Positions 37,470 to 47,845 of a stretch of 64,000 nucleotides of DNA are shown here, in pieces (positions within the stretch are counted from its first letter, which is position 1; the number at the start of each line of letters is the position of its first letter). A program made the position numbers and the translations under genes. The DNA comes from an uncultured Actinomycetota bacterium (GTDB lineage: Bacteria; Actinomycetota; Actinomycetes; Propionibacteriales; Propionibacteriaceae). The stretch spans positions 76,973 through 140,972 of the forward strand of contig CAVWTT010000001.1 of the NCBI GenBank assembly GCA_963758075.1. Reading direction: 5' to 3'. The notes under the pieces were generated by a model, which was not told the origin of the DNA, did not search any database, and was given only the letters and a program-made list of their open reading frames with translations.

Positions 37470-39575
37470 GTGGGCGAGCGACGAGAGCACCCGGCCAAGC
37501 GGATCACGACGGGCAGCCGGAGCGGCCGCCCGAGCGGTTCGGGCACCACCCGGACGAGCCGGACCGATCGAACGAGCCGGACCGATCGAACGACCCGGAC
37601 CGATCGAACGACCCGGACCGATCGAACGACCCGGACTCGAACGACCCGGACGTCCCGGACCGATCGGACGACCCGGGCGCCGCGGCCCGGCGCCGACCGC
37701 CGGCCGCCGACCCGACCCGCGCCCGGCCCGACCGAGCGGGCTGCCCGCCGCGCCGAGCGGCGCCGGACCCGCAAGCCGCTGCGCATCCCGCTCGGATCGG
37801 GGACCCGGCGGGTACGGATCATCGGCATCGCGATGGCGTTCGCCATCTCGATCTGTGCCGGTCGGCTGCTGCAACTGCAGGGTTTCGACTCCGCGGCCTA
37901 CGGGGCGATCGCCGCCGCCGACCTGACCACCACCACACCGCTGCTGCCCGCCCGCGGCGAGATCACCGACCGCAACGGCATCACGTTGGCCGGCACGGAG
38001 CCGGCAGTCGACATCACCGCCGATCCGACCCTGACCAGCCAGGACTGTGCCAAGTCCTACTTCGGTGACCTGTGCGGCCTGGCCCAGGCAACCCGGATCG
38101 CCCAGATCATCGGTTCGCACACCCACATCGACGAGCAGCAGACGATCGCCACCCTGATGCGCCACGACACCCGATTCGCCTACGTGAAGAAGAAGGTGCC
38201 TGCCGACGTCTACACCGACATCGCCGACGCACTCGACCAGGAGAACCTGCCCGGCATCTACCGGGAGAACGACCCGATCCGCACCTACCCGGCCGGCAAC
38301 GTCGGGTCCAACGTCATCGGCTTCGTCGGCGCCGACAACAAGGGTCGTGCCGGTCTGGAGTACGCCCTGAACCCCTCGCTGAGTGGGGTGGAGGGCAAGG
38401 AGTCCTACGAGAGCGCCCCCAACGGCAGCCGGATCCCGCTGGGCCAGAGCAGCGTCACCCCGGCCAAGAACGGCGTCAACTACCAGCTCACCATCGACTC
38501 CGGTCTGCAATGGGTGGTCCAGCGCCGGCTGGATGCGGCGGTCACCACGGCGGGCGCCAAGGACGGGATGGCCATCACCATGGACGTCACCAACGGCCAG
38601 ATTCTGGCCATGGCCCAGTCGCCGGGCTACAACTCCGCCGACCCGGGTGCGGCGAAACCGGCGGATCTCGGCAATCGGGTCGTCAGCCACCTGTACGAGC
38701 CCGGCAGTGTGGAGAAGGTCCTCACCTCGGCCGCGCTGATCGATAGCGGCACCACCGATCCGGAGACCAAGGTCCGGGTGCCCTCGACCATCGCCTCCGG
38801 CGGCGGCCGGATCAAGGACGCCGAAGCACACGGAACCGTGCACTACCGGATGCGCGGGGTCATCGCGAACTCGTCCAACATCGGTACCGTGCTGATGGCG
38901 CGGCAGATGGACAAGGCCACCCTCCGCGGCTACCTGTCCCGGTTCGGGCTGGGCCGGCCGACGGGCATCGAACTGCCCGGCGAGGCGTCCGGGATGCTGC
39001 CACCGGCCGACATGAAGGACTACAGCCGCGACCAGATCGCATTCGGCCAGGGCCTGTCGGTGACCGCGGTCCAGGAGGCCTCGGCGATCGCCGGCATCGT
39101 CAACGGCGGCGTCTACCACACGCCGTCGGTGATCGAATCGGCCAGCAACGCCGACGGCACGCCGGTGCCGGTCGACCACCCCTCCGCGCGCCGGATCATC
39201 TCCGCCGACACGTCGGCCAAGGTGCGCGACCTGATGCAGGCCGTCGTCACCCACAACGCGGTCAGCCAGCAGTACCTGATGCTGGACCACTACAGCAGTG
39301 GCGGCAAGACCGGCACCGCGCAGCGGTACAACGCCGGTTGCGGCTGCTACCGCGGCTACGTCACCTCGTTCATAGGTTTCGCCCCGCTGGACAACCCGAA
39401 GATCCTCACCTATGTGGTGATCGACGATCCCAAGTACGGCGACAGCGGCACCGGGACCGCCGGGCCCGCCTACGGAGACATCATGGACTTCGCCCTGCCG
39501 CGGTACGGCATCGTGGTGGACCAGAAGGACAAGCAGGCCGGCGCCGCGAAGATGAACCGCCCGCTGGAGTGGTGA
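37470..39575 (+). CDS. ftsI: Septal penicillin-binding protein (FtsI/PbpB) with Arg/Thr-rich repeat N-terminus
   Basis: RGEITDRNG, EPGSVEK (SxxK), SSN, KTGTAQ; 18-bp repeat at 37559-37630. Confidence 0.93.
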   Translation: MGERREHPAKRITTGSRSGRPSGSGTTRTSRTDRTSRTDRTTRTDRTTRTDRTTRTRTTRTSRTDRTTRAPRPGADRRPPTRPAPGPTERAARRAERRRTRKPLRIPLGSGTRRVRIIGIAMAFAISICAGRLLQLQGFDSAAYGAIAAADLTTTTPLLPARGEITDRNGITLAGTEPAVDITADPTLTSQDCAKSYFGDLCGLAQATRIAQIIGSHTHIDEQQTIATLMRHDTRFAYVKKKVPADVYTDIADALDQENLPGIYRENDPIRTYPAGNVGSNVIGFVGADNKGRAGLEYALNPSLSGVEGKESYESAPNGSRIPLGQSSVTPAKNGVNYQLTIDSGLQWVVQRRLDAAVTTAGAKDGMAITMDVTNGQILAMAQSPGYNSADPGAAKPADLGNRVVSHLYEPGSVEKVLTSAALIDSGTTDPETKVRVPSTIASGGGRIKDAEAHGTVHYRMRGVIANSSNIGTVLMARQMDKATLRGYLSRFGLGRPTGIELPGEASGMLPPADMKDYSRDQIAFGQGLSVTAVQEASAIAGIVNGGVYHTPSVIESASNADGTPVPVDHPSARRIISADTSAKVRDLMQAVVTHNAVSQQYLMLDHYSSGGKTGTAQRYNAGCGCYRGYVTSFIGFAPLDNPKILTYVVIDDPKYGDSGTGTAGPAYGDIMDFALPRYGIVVDQKDKQAGAAKMNRPLEW

Positions 39576-41287
39576 CCGGCCCGGTGATTGCCCGAACGGC
39601 TCCGGGCGCGGGTAGCGTCGGCGCCGTGCCCGCCACCCCCGCCGCGGCGACCGCCGGACCATCGCTGCGTCCGGCGACGACCCGACCGTTCCCCGTCGAC
39701 CGGTTGGCCGCCCTGCTGGGTGCCGACGTCGGCGCCGGAGATCCGGCCGCCCGCGCGGTGACGGGCGTCGCCTTCGACTCCCGCTCGGTCCGTCCCGGCG
39801 ATCTGTACGTCGCGCTGCCGGGGGCACGGACCCACGGCGCCCGGTTCGTGTCGTCGGTGCTCGCCGCCGGCGCGGCCGCGGTGCTGACCGACCCGGCCGG
39901 CTCAGCCATGGCGGCCGGAGCGGCGGTCGAGGATGCTGCCGCCCGGACGACCGCGGAGCTGCCGGTGTTGGTGGTGGCGGACCCGCGGGCGGCGATGGCC
40001 GTCGCCGCAGCCGAGGTGTACGGCCGACCCGCCGCACGACTGACGATGATCGGTGTCACCGGAACCAACGGCAAGACCACCACCGGCTACCTGCTGGCCG
40101 CCGGGCTGCGAGCCGCCGGCCGCCGGTGCGGACTGATCGGGACGCTCGGTTACTTCCTGGACGGCCGGGAACTGGCCGGCGACCGGACCACGGTCACCAC
40201 CCCGGAGTCGCCGGACCTGCAGGCGCTGCTGGCGCTCATGGTCGAACAGGGCGCCGAGGCGGTGGTGATGGAGGTGTCCTCGCACGCCCTGGCACTGGAC
40301 CGGGCCGACCAGATCTGCTTCGACGTGGCGGGCTTCACCAACTTCGGCCGCGACCACCTGGACTTCCACGGCACGGTGGAGGCCTACTTCGAGGCCAAGT
40401 CCAGCCTCTTCACCGCCGAGCACGCCCGCCGGGCGGTGATCAACATCGACGACGCGCGCGGGCCCGACCTGGTCGCGCGCGCCGAGGCGGACGGGTTGGA
40501 CGTGGCGACGATCGGCTTCGCCGCCGCCCGGGATCCGGTCCGCGACCACTACCGCTGTCTGGGCCACGACCCGACCGGGGACCCGGTCGCGGTGCGCCTC
40601 GACACTCCGGGTGGCCCGGTGGACTTCGGGCTGGGACTGCCGGGCCGCTACAACGTGGCCAACGCGGTCATGGCGCTGGCGATGCTCGACCGGATCGGGG
40701 TCCCGGCGGCCGAGGCCGCGCCGGGACTGGCCACGGCAACGGTCCCGGGCCGGATGCAGCGGGTCGACCTCGGGTCCGGGGCGCCCCGGGTCTACGTCGA
40801 CTTCGCCCACACCCCGCAGGCCGTCGGCTCGGTGCTGGCCGAACTGCGGGCCGGACTGGCCGGCGGTCGGCTGATCGCCCTGCTCGGGTGCGGTGGCGAC
40901 CGGGATCGGGCCAAGCGCGGGACGATGGGCGCCGCGGCCGCCGACCTGGCCGACGTGGTGGTCGTCACCGACGACAACCCGCGGTCGGAGGACCCGGCCG
41001 CGATCCGGGCCGCGGTGCTGGCGGGTGCCCGGGACCGGGCCGCCGACCGGGCCGCCGACCGGGCCGTCGCCCCCACAGTGCTGGACGGCGGCGACCGCCG
41101 GTCGGCGATCGAACGGGCGTTGTGCAGTGCCGGCCCGGCCGACGTCGTCGCGGTACTCGGCAAGGGGCACGAACGGGGACAACAGGTCGGTGACCGGGTG
41201 CTGCCCTTCGACGACGTCGATCAGGTCACCACGGCCTGGCGCCGCCGCCGAACCCGTACAGACAGCCCGGAGGAGGGCGGTTCATGA
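39572..41287 (+). CDS. murE: UDP-MurNAc-dipeptide:diaminopimelate ligase
   Basis: [36 protein letters not shown]. Confidence 0.95.
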   Translation: MTGPVIARTAPGAGSVGAVPATPAAATAGPSLRPATTRPFPVDRLAALLGADVGAGDPAARAVTGVAFDSRSVRPGDLYVALPGARTHGARFVSSVLAAGAAAVLTDPAGSAMAAGAAVEDAAARTTAELPVLVVADPRAAMAVAAAEVYGRPAARLTMIGVTGTNGKTTTGYLLAAGLRAAGRRCGLIGTLGYFLDGRELAGDRTTVTTPESPDLQALLALMVEQGAEAVVMEVSSHALALDRADQICFDVAGFTNFGRDHLDFHGTVEAYFEAKSSLFTAEHARRAVINIDDARGPDLVARAEADGLDVATIGFAAARDPVRDHYRCLGHDPTGDPVAVRLDTPGGPVDFGLGLPGRYNVANAVMALAMLDRIGVPAAEAAPGLATATVPGRMQRVDLGSGAPRVYVDFAHTPQAVGSVLAELRAGLAGGRLIALLGCGGDRDRAKRGTMGAAAADLADVVVVTDDNPRSEDPAAIRAAVLAGARDRAADRAADRAVAPTVLDGGDRRSAIERALCSAGPADVVAVLGKGHERGQQVGDRVLPFDDVDQVTTAWRRRRTRTDSPEEGGS

Positions 41288-42723
41288 TCAACACGACGGT
41301 GGCGGAGTTGGCTGCGGTGATCGGCGCCCGCCCGGTGGTCGGCCAGGGTGAGCCGGACCCAGCCGCGCTGGCCACACCGGTGACCGACCTGGTCGTCGAT
41401 TCCCGCAAGGCCGGCCCGGGCAGCCTGTTCGTGGCGCTGCCCGGGGAACACGTCGACGGCCACGACTACGTCGCCGCAGCCGTCCGGGCCGGCGCGGTGG
41501 CGGCGATCACCAGCCGCCCGGTCCCCGGCATGCTGTGCCTGCTCACCGAGGATCCGCTGGCCGCGATGGGGCAGGTCGGACGGCACGTGATCGCCGCCGC
41601 CCGCGCCCGCGGCCTGCAGGTCATCGGCATCACCGGGTCGGCTGGCAAGACCACCACCAAGGACCTGCTCGCCCAGATCCTGGAGCGGGTCGCGCCGGTG
41701 GTCGCGCCGCGGGAATCGATGAACAACGAGATCGGCCTGCCCATCACCGCCAGCTGGGTCGGTGCCGACACCCGGTTCCTGATCTCGGAGATGGGGGCCA
41801 AGGGCGTCGGCCACATCCGCTACCTGTGCGACATCACCCCTCCCGACGTCGGTGTCGAACTCAACGTCGGCACCGCCCACCTGGGCATGTTCGGCAGCCA
41901 GGACGCCATCGCCCGGGCCAAGGGCGAACTGGTCGAGGCGCTGTCGGCCTCCGGCCGGGCCGTCCTCAATCTCGCCGATCCCCGGGTCCGGGCGATGGCG
42001 GGCCGGACCACCGCGCAGGTGATCGGCTTCGGTATCGCCGACGAACTGCCCGCGGGCCCGACCGCCGACGTGTCGGCCGTTCGGACGACCGCCGACGAAC
42101 TGGACCGCTGGTCCTTCGATCTGCACGCCGGCGGCGAACGGCACCCGGTCCGACTGCGACTGCTCGGTCGCCACCAGGTGTCCAACGCGCTGGCGGCCGC
42201 CGCTGCGGCGACCGCGGTCGGGGTGCCGCCGGCGCTGATCGCGGAGACGCTGAGCACTGTCGGGACCCGCTCGCGCTGGCGGATGGAACTGCATGACCTT
42301 CCCGGCGACGCGGTGCTGATCAACGACGCCTACAACGCCAACCCCGCCTCGATGGCCGCGGCACTGCAGACGCTGGCCACCATCGGGGACCGCCGTCGCA
42401 GCGCCCGGCCGGGCGCCCGCACCGTCGCGGTGCTGGGAGAGATGCTCGAACTCGGACCCGACACCGCCGAACTCCACGCCGGTGTCGGTCGACTGGCTGC
42501 CGACCACGGCATCGACCTGCTGATCACCGTGGGTCCCGGCGCCGATCCGATCGGCGACGGTGCCCGGTCTGCGGGCATGGCCGGTGACCGGGTCGTCGGT
42601 GTACCCGACAAGGCGGCCGCCGCCGACCGGCTGGGCCGGCTCGGTCCTGGCGACGTGGTGCTGATCAAGGCCTCCCGCGACGTCGGTCTGGAGACCGTCG
42701 CCGATCGGCTGCTGGCCGGATGA
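41284..42723 (+). CDS. murF: UDP-MurNAc-tripeptide:D-Ala-D-Ala ligase
   Basis: DSR, GITGSAGKTTTKD, NNEIG, INDAYNANP, GEMLELG, KASR. Confidence 0.95.
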   Translation: MINTTVAELAAVIGARPVVGQGEPDPAALATPVTDLVVDSRKAGPGSLFVALPGEHVDGHDYVAAAVRAGAVAAITSRPVPGMLCLLTEDPLAAMGQVGRHVIAAARARGLQVIGITGSAGKTTTKDLLAQILERVAPVVAPRESMNNEIGLPITASWVGADTRFLISEMGAKGVGHIRYLCDITPPDVGVELNVGTAHLGMFGSQDAIARAKGELVEALSASGRAVLNLADPRVRAMAGRTTAQVIGFGIADELPAGPTADVSAVRTTADELDRWSFDLHAGGERHPVRLRLLGRHQVSNALAAAAAATAVGVPPALIAETLSTVGTRSRWRMELHDLPGDAVLINDAYNANPASMAAALQTLATIGDRRRSARPGARTVAVLGEMLELGPDTAELHAGVGRLAADHGIDLLITVGPGADPIGDGARSAGMAGDRVVGVPDKAAAADRLGRLGPGDVVLIKASRDVGLETVADRLLAG

Positions 42724-42739
42724 ATCCGCCGGTGCCGGC

Positions 42740-43822
42740 ATGATCGCGATCGTGCTCGCCGGCGTGCTGGGCCTGTTCGGATCCCTGCTGGGCACCCAGG
42801 TCGCCGTGCACGCCTTCACCCGTCGCGGCTACGGTCAACCGATCCACGCCGACGGCCCCCGACGCCGTCAGATCAAACGGGGTAGGCCGACCATGGGCGG
42901 TCTGGTGATCATCCTCGCGGTCGACCTCGGCTACCTGGGCGCCAAGCTGATCACCGTCAGCGCACCCGGAGCCTCGACCCTGCTGGTGCTGTTCCTGCTC
43001 AACGGCCTCGGTCTGGTCGGTTTCCTCGACGACCGGGCCAAGGCCGGCCGCCGGCATCCCCGCGGCCTTCCCGGCTGGGCCAAGATCAGCGGCCAGTCCC
43101 TGGTCGCGGTGCTGTTCGCCGTCTCGGCGCTGCGGTTCCCCGACGACCGCGGCGTCACCCCGGCCTCGCGGGCGGTCTCCTTCCTGCGCGACATCCCGGC
43201 GCTCGAGCTGCCGCTGGTTCTGGTGCTGGTCTGGGTGCTGGTGATGGTGGCCGGCGCCAGCAACGGGGTCAACCTGACCGACGGGCTGGACGGGCTGGCC
43301 GCCGGATCGTGCACGATGATCTTCGGCGCCTACACGCTGATCAACATCTGGCAGTACAACCAGTCCTGTGCCCGGGTCACCTCGGCCGGACCGAACTGCT
43401 ACGAGGTCCGTGATCCCTACGACCTGGCCGCGCTGGCGCTGGCGCTGGCCGGCGGATGTTTCGGGTTCCTGTGGTGGAACGCCAAACCGGCCCGGATCAC
43501 CATGGGCCACACCGGGGCGTGGTCCCTGGGTGGGGCGATGGCCGGGATGGCCGTGGTCACCCGGACCGAGCTGCTGCTGGTGGTCCTGGGGGGACTGTTG
43601 GTGCTGGAGGCCGGATCGGTGATCCTGCAGACCGGCTGGTTCAAGTTGACTCAGCGGTTGGCCGGCAAGCCGCACCGGTTGTTCCGGATGGCGCCGTTGC
43701 ACCATCACTTCGAACTGCTCGGCTGGGATGAGGTGACGATCGTGATGAGATTCTGGATCATCGCCGGACTGTGTGTCGCGGTCGGGTTAGGCGTCTTCTA
43801 CGCAGAGTGGCTGGTCGGTTGA
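42740..43822 (+). CDS. mraY: Phospho-MurNAc-pentapeptide translocase, divergent (MGD motif reads MGH)
   Basis: [31 protein letters not shown]; canonical dcw position. Confidence 0.88.
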   Translation: MIAIVLAGVLGLFGSLLGTQVAVHAFTRRGYGQPIHADGPRRRQIKRGRPTMGGLVIILAVDLGYLGAKLITVSAPGASTLLVLFLLNGLGLVGFLDDRAKAGRRHPRGLPGWAKISGQSLVAVLFAVSALRFPDDRGVTPASRAVSFLRDIPALELPLVLVLVWVLVMVAGASNGVNLTDGLDGLAAGSCTMIFGAYTLINIWQYNQSCARVTSAGPNCYEVRDPYDLAALALALAGGCFGFLWWNAKPARITMGHTGAWSLGGAMAGMAVVTRTELLLVVLGGLLVLEAGSVILQTGWFKLTQRLAGKPHRLFRMAPLHHHFELLGWDEVTIVMRFWIIAGLCVAVGLGVFYAEWLVG

Positions 43823-43830
43823 GGGAACGG

Positions 43831-45330
43831 ATGGAACAGGTGAGCAGGTTGGAATGGCTGGCACGGGCCGACGGGTCCAGTGACTGGAGCCGGGTCGCGG
43901 TCGTGGTGGCGGGCCTGGGAGTCGCAGGTTTCGCTGCGGCCGACGGACTGATCGAACGCGGCGCCCGCGTCACCGTGCTGGACCACGGGCAGTCACAGGC
44001 GCTGACCGAGCGGGCCACCCTGCTGCAGACCCTCGGCGCTACGGTCCGGCTCGGTCCGGGATCCACTGACAGCCTGCCGGCCGGCACCGACCTGGTGATC
44101 ACCACCGGGCTGCCGCCGAGCCAGCCGATGCTGGCGCAGGCGGCCGCGACGGGCGTCGCGATCTGGGGCGAACCGGAGCTGGCCTGGCGGCTGCTGCAGC
44201 CGGCCAGGCCGATCCCGTGGCTGGGCATCACCGGCACCAACGGCAAGACCACGACCACCGAGATGCTGGCCGCGATGCTGACGGCGGCAGGACTGCGCAC
44301 CGCCGCGGTGGGCAACATCGGCCGGCCGCTGATGGAGATCGTGCTGGACCCGCAGCCCTACGACGTCCTGGCCGTCGAGCTGTCCAGCCACCAGCTGCAC
44401 TGGTCGAACTCGCTGGCGCTGCATTCGGCGGCGGTGCTGAACCTGCACCCCGATCACATCGAATGGCACGGCAGCCAGGCCGCCTACGCCGCGGCCAAGG
44501 CCAAGATCTACCAGCGGGTCAGCCACTCCTGCGTCTACAACGTGGCCGAGGAGAGCACCCGGCGGATGGTGGAGGAGGCCGAGGTCGTCGAGGGCGCCCG
44601 GGCGATCGGCTTCACCCTCGGCGTGCCGAAGGTCGCCATGGTCGGGCTGGTGGAGGACATCCTCGTCGACCGGGCCTTCATCCCGCAGCGGCAGACGTCG
44701 GCGGTCGAGCTGGCCACCATCGCCGACGTGGCCCCGGACGCATCCGGCGCCGGCGCGGCACCGCACAACGTCGCCAATGCCTTGGCCGCCGGCGCACTGG
44801 CCCGATCGTTCGGGGCGCCGCCGCGGGCGGTCCGGGACGGCCTGCGGGCGATGCGCGTCGGCGGGCATCGGATCCAGACCGTCACCACGGTGGGCGACGT
44901 GCGCTACGTGGACGACTCCAAGGCGACCAACCCGCATGCGGCGCACGCGTCACTGACCGCGTTCGACCAGGTGGTCTGGGTCGCCGGTGGCCAGGCCAAG
45001 GGCGTCGGCTTCGACGACCTGGTCAGCACCCACGCCGACCAGCTGCGCGGCGCGGTGCTGATCGGCGTGGACCGGGAGCGGATAGCCGAGGCCCTGGCCC
45101 GACACGCGCCCCAGGTCCCGGTCATCAGCATCGACGACGCCGACACTGGTGCCATGGCTCGGGCGGTCCGCGCGGCCGCCTCCCTGGCCCGGCCCGGGGA
45201 CGTGGTGCTGCTGGCGCCGGCATGTGCGAGCCGGGACATGTACGCCGACTACGCCGCCCGCGGTGAAGCATTCGCCGCGGCGGCCCGGGCCCTGCAGGAC
45301 GACGCCGGACCGCAGGCCGGAGGGGAGTGA
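43831..45330 (+). CDS. murD: UDP-MurNAc-L-Ala:D-Glu ligase
   Basis: [32 protein letters not shown]. Confidence 0.95.
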   Translation: MEQVSRLEWLARADGSSDWSRVAVVVAGLGVAGFAAADGLIERGARVTVLDHGQSQALTERATLLQTLGATVRLGPGSTDSLPAGTDLVITTGLPPSQPMLAQAAATGVAIWGEPELAWRLLQPARPIPWLGITGTNGKTTTTEMLAAMLTAAGLRTAAVGNIGRPLMEIVLDPQPYDVLAVELSSHQLHWSNSLALHSAAVLNLHPDHIEWHGSQAAYAAAKAKIYQRVSHSCVYNVAEESTRRMVEEAEVVEGARAIGFTLGVPKVAMVGLVEDILVDRAFIPQRQTSAVELATIADVAPDASGAGAAPHNVANALAAGALARSFGAPPRAVRDGLRAMRVGGHRIQTVTTVGDVRYVDDSKATNPHAAHASLTAFDQVVWVAGGQAKGVGFDDLVSTHADQLRGAVLIGVDRERIAEALARHAPQVPVISIDDADTGAMARAVRAAASLARPGDVVLLAPACASRDMYADYAARGEAFAAAARALQDDAGPQAGGE

Positions 45331-46655
45331 CCAGGGTGACGCTGACCAGCGATGTCAACGCCGCGGCCGACCGGAGCACGCGCGGCTCGACCCGGCCGGG
45401 ATCGCCGGGTTCACCGGTCGGCGCCAAACCCGGCCGGCTGGACTGGATCCGGGAGATGCTGGACAAGCCGCTGGCCAGTTTCCACCTGGTGCTGGCGTCG
45501 TCGGGGATGCTGATCGCGCTCGGCCTGATGATGGTGCTCTCCAGCTCCAGCGTGTACGCCTACCAGTACCAGGGCGACGCCTACTACTACCTGAAGCGGC
45601 AGTCGCTGTTCCTCGGTGTCGGCCTGGTCGGGGCCCTGGTGGTGATGCGGATGTCCCGGTCGATGCTGCGGGTCGTCGGCTGGATCGCGCTGTTCGCGTC
45701 GGCGGCGATGGTCATCCTCACCTACACCCCGCTGGGCAAGACGGTCAACGGCAACCGGAACTGGCTGGAGCTGGGCACCCCGCTGCTCACCCTGCAGCCG
45801 TCGGAGTTCGCGAAACTGGCGATGATCGTCTGGGCCGCCGACGTGCTGGCCCGCAAGGACCGGCTGTTGGACCAGCCCAAACACCTGCTCGTCCCGTTCC
45901 TGCCGGTCACCGGGCTGCTGATCCTGCTGGTGGTGTTCCAGGGTGATGCCGGCACCGCGGTGGTGATGGCCGGGATCGTCGCCGGCGTCCTGTGGATCGT
46001 CGGTGCGCCGATGCGCATCTTCACCTCGATCGGCGCCGTCGGGGTGGCCGGCGTCATCGGCCTGTTCGTCACCAGCCCCAACCGGATGACCCGGCTGTTC
46101 GCGTTCCTCAACCCGGCCGCCGACCTCCAGGGCGCCAACATGCAGTCCACGGTGGCGATGCGCGGCATCGCCTCCGGCGGCTGGTGGGGCGTCGGCCTGG
46201 GCGCCAGCAGGCAGAAGTGGGGCAGCCTGCCCGAGGCCCACACCGACTTCATCTTCGCCGTCATCGGCGAGGAACTCGGACTGTTCGGCAGCCTCGCCGT
46301 GCTCGGCCTGTTCCTGGTGCTCGGCTACGCAGGATTGCGGATCGCCTCCCGCTCCGACGACAAGTTCTCCCGCTACCTGGCCGCCGGCATCACCTCCTGG
46401 TTCATGATCCAGGCGCTGATCAACCTCGGCGTCGTGCTCCGGTTGTTGCCGATCGCCGGGGTTCCGCTGCCGCTGCTGTCCTACGGCGGATCGGCGCTGA
46501 TGGCCAATGTGATCGCCGTCGGCGTGCTGATTGCCTGCGCCCGTAACGAGCCGGCCGCGCGCAGGATGCTGGACCGCACACCGAAGCCGATGCGCCCGGA
46601 GATGACCACCGTCGTCGACGGCCGCGGCCGCGGCGGCCGGGGCAGCGCCCGATGA
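45327..46655 (+). CDS. ftsW: SEDS peptidoglycan polymerase FtsW
   Basis: [24 protein letters not shown]; multiple TM segments. Confidence 0.95.
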   Translation: MTRVTLTSDVNAAADRSTRGSTRPGSPGSPVGAKPGRLDWIREMLDKPLASFHLVLASSGMLIALGLMMVLSSSSVYAYQYQGDAYYYLKRQSLFLGVGLVGALVVMRMSRSMLRVVGWIALFASAAMVILTYTPLGKTVNGNRNWLELGTPLLTLQPSEFAKLAMIVWAADVLARKDRLLDQPKHLLVPFLPVTGLLILLVVFQGDAGTAVVMAGIVAGVLWIVGAPMRIFTSIGAVGVAGVIGLFVTSPNRMTRLFAFLNPAADLQGANMQSTVAMRGIASGGWWGVGLGASRQKWGSLPEAHTDFIFAVIGEELGLFGSLAVLGLFLVLGYAGLRIASRSDDKFSRYLAAGITSWFMIQALINLGVVLRLLPIAGVPLPLLSYGGSALMANVIAVGVLIACARNEPAARRMLDRTPKPMRPEMTTVVDGRGRGGRGSAR

Positions 46656-47845
46656 GCCGCCCGCACAGCGTCGTCCTGGCCGGCGGCGGGTCGGCCGGGC
46701 ACACCTCGCCGCTGATCGCCACGGCCGAGCAACTGGCCCGGATGGCACCGGGGGTCCGGCTGACCGCGATCGGTACCGCCCGCGGTCTGGAGACCCGGAC
46801 GGTGCCGGCCGCCGGGCTACCGCTGGAACTCATCCCGCCGGTGCCGATGCCGCGCCGGCCGGGTCCCGACCTGGTCAAGCTGCCGGTCCGGTTGGCACGG
46901 TCGGTGTCGGCCGCCGCCGCCATCCTGCGGCGGACCCAGGCCGATGTCGTGCTCGGCTTCGGCGGCTACGTCGCCACCCCGGCCTACCTGGCCGCCCGCC
47001 GGCTGCGGATCCCGATCGTCATCCATGAGCAGAACGCACTGCCCGGGCTGGCCAACCGGCTGGCCGCCCGGCTCACCCCGTACGTGGCCACCTCGTTCCC
47101 GGACACGCCGCTGCCGCGGGCGACCTGGATCGGCCTGCCGCTGCGGGAGTCGATCGTCCGGCTCGCCGAGAGCCCCGTCGACGAACGCGCCCGGCTGCGG
47201 ACCCGTTCCCGGTCCGGCTTCGGCCTGCGACCCGACCTGCCGACCCTGCTCGTCACCGGAGGCTCCCAGGGCGCGGTCCGGGTCAACCGGGCCGTCAGGG
47301 ACGCGCGGGACCGACTGCTGGCCGCGGGCATCCAGATCCTGCACGTGCTGGGCGGCCGGAACATCACCGACGCCGACCAGCCGGTGACCGACCCGGCCAC
47401 CGGTGCCTGCTACCGACCGGTCGGCTTCGTGGAGCGGATGGAGGACGCCTACGCCGCCGCCGACCTGGTGCTCAGCCGGGCCGGCGCCAGCTCGGTGCTG
47501 GAAGCCGCCCTGGTCGGGTTGCCGGCGCTGCTGGTGCCCTACGCCGTCGGCAACGGCGAGCAGGCCCGCAACGCCACCGCCGTGGTCCGCGCCGGCGGCG
47601 CTCGGGTGCTGCCGGACGCGGAGCTGACCGGCGCCGTCCTGCTGGCCCAGGTTCCCCCGTTGCTGGCCGACCGGCAGCTGTGGGCCACGATGGCGGCGGC
47701 GGCCCGCAGCGTAGCCTCGACCGAGGCGGCTCGACGGCTCGCCCGGATGACCCTGGACGCCGCCGACGCCTCGGACCGTCGCTCCCACCCGAGCCGGCAG
47801 CCGGCAGCGACGGGAACCGACAGCCAGACAGCGGGAGACTCCTGA
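46652..47845 (+). CDS. murG: Lipid II GlcNAc transferase
   Basis: AGGGSAGH, GFGGY, HEQN, GGSQGA, RAGAS. Confidence 0.95.
   Translation: MSRPHSVVLAGGGSAGHTSPLIATAEQLARMAPGVRLTAIGTARGLETRTVPAAGLPLELIPPVPMPRRPGPDLVKLPVRLARSVSAAAAILRRTQADVVLGFGGYVATPAYLAARRLRIPIVIHEQNALPGLANRLAARLTPYVATSFPDTPLPRATWIGLPLRESIVRLAESPVDERARLRTRSRSGFGLRPDLPTLLVTGGSQGAVRVNRAVRDARDRLLAAGIQILHVLGGRNITDADQPVTDPATGACYRPVGFVERMEDAYAAADLVLSRAGASSVLEAALVGLPALLVPYAVGNGEQARNATAVVRAGGARVLPDAELTGAVLLAQVPPLLADRQLWATMAAAARSVASTEAARRLARMTLDAADASDRRSHPSRQPAATGTDSQTAGDS

Noticed and set aside
36480-40037. 1185-aa minus-strand ORF and other long antisense or alternate-frame ORFs
   Set aside because: Shadow ORFs of high-GC coding DNA opposite recognised genes; no motifs
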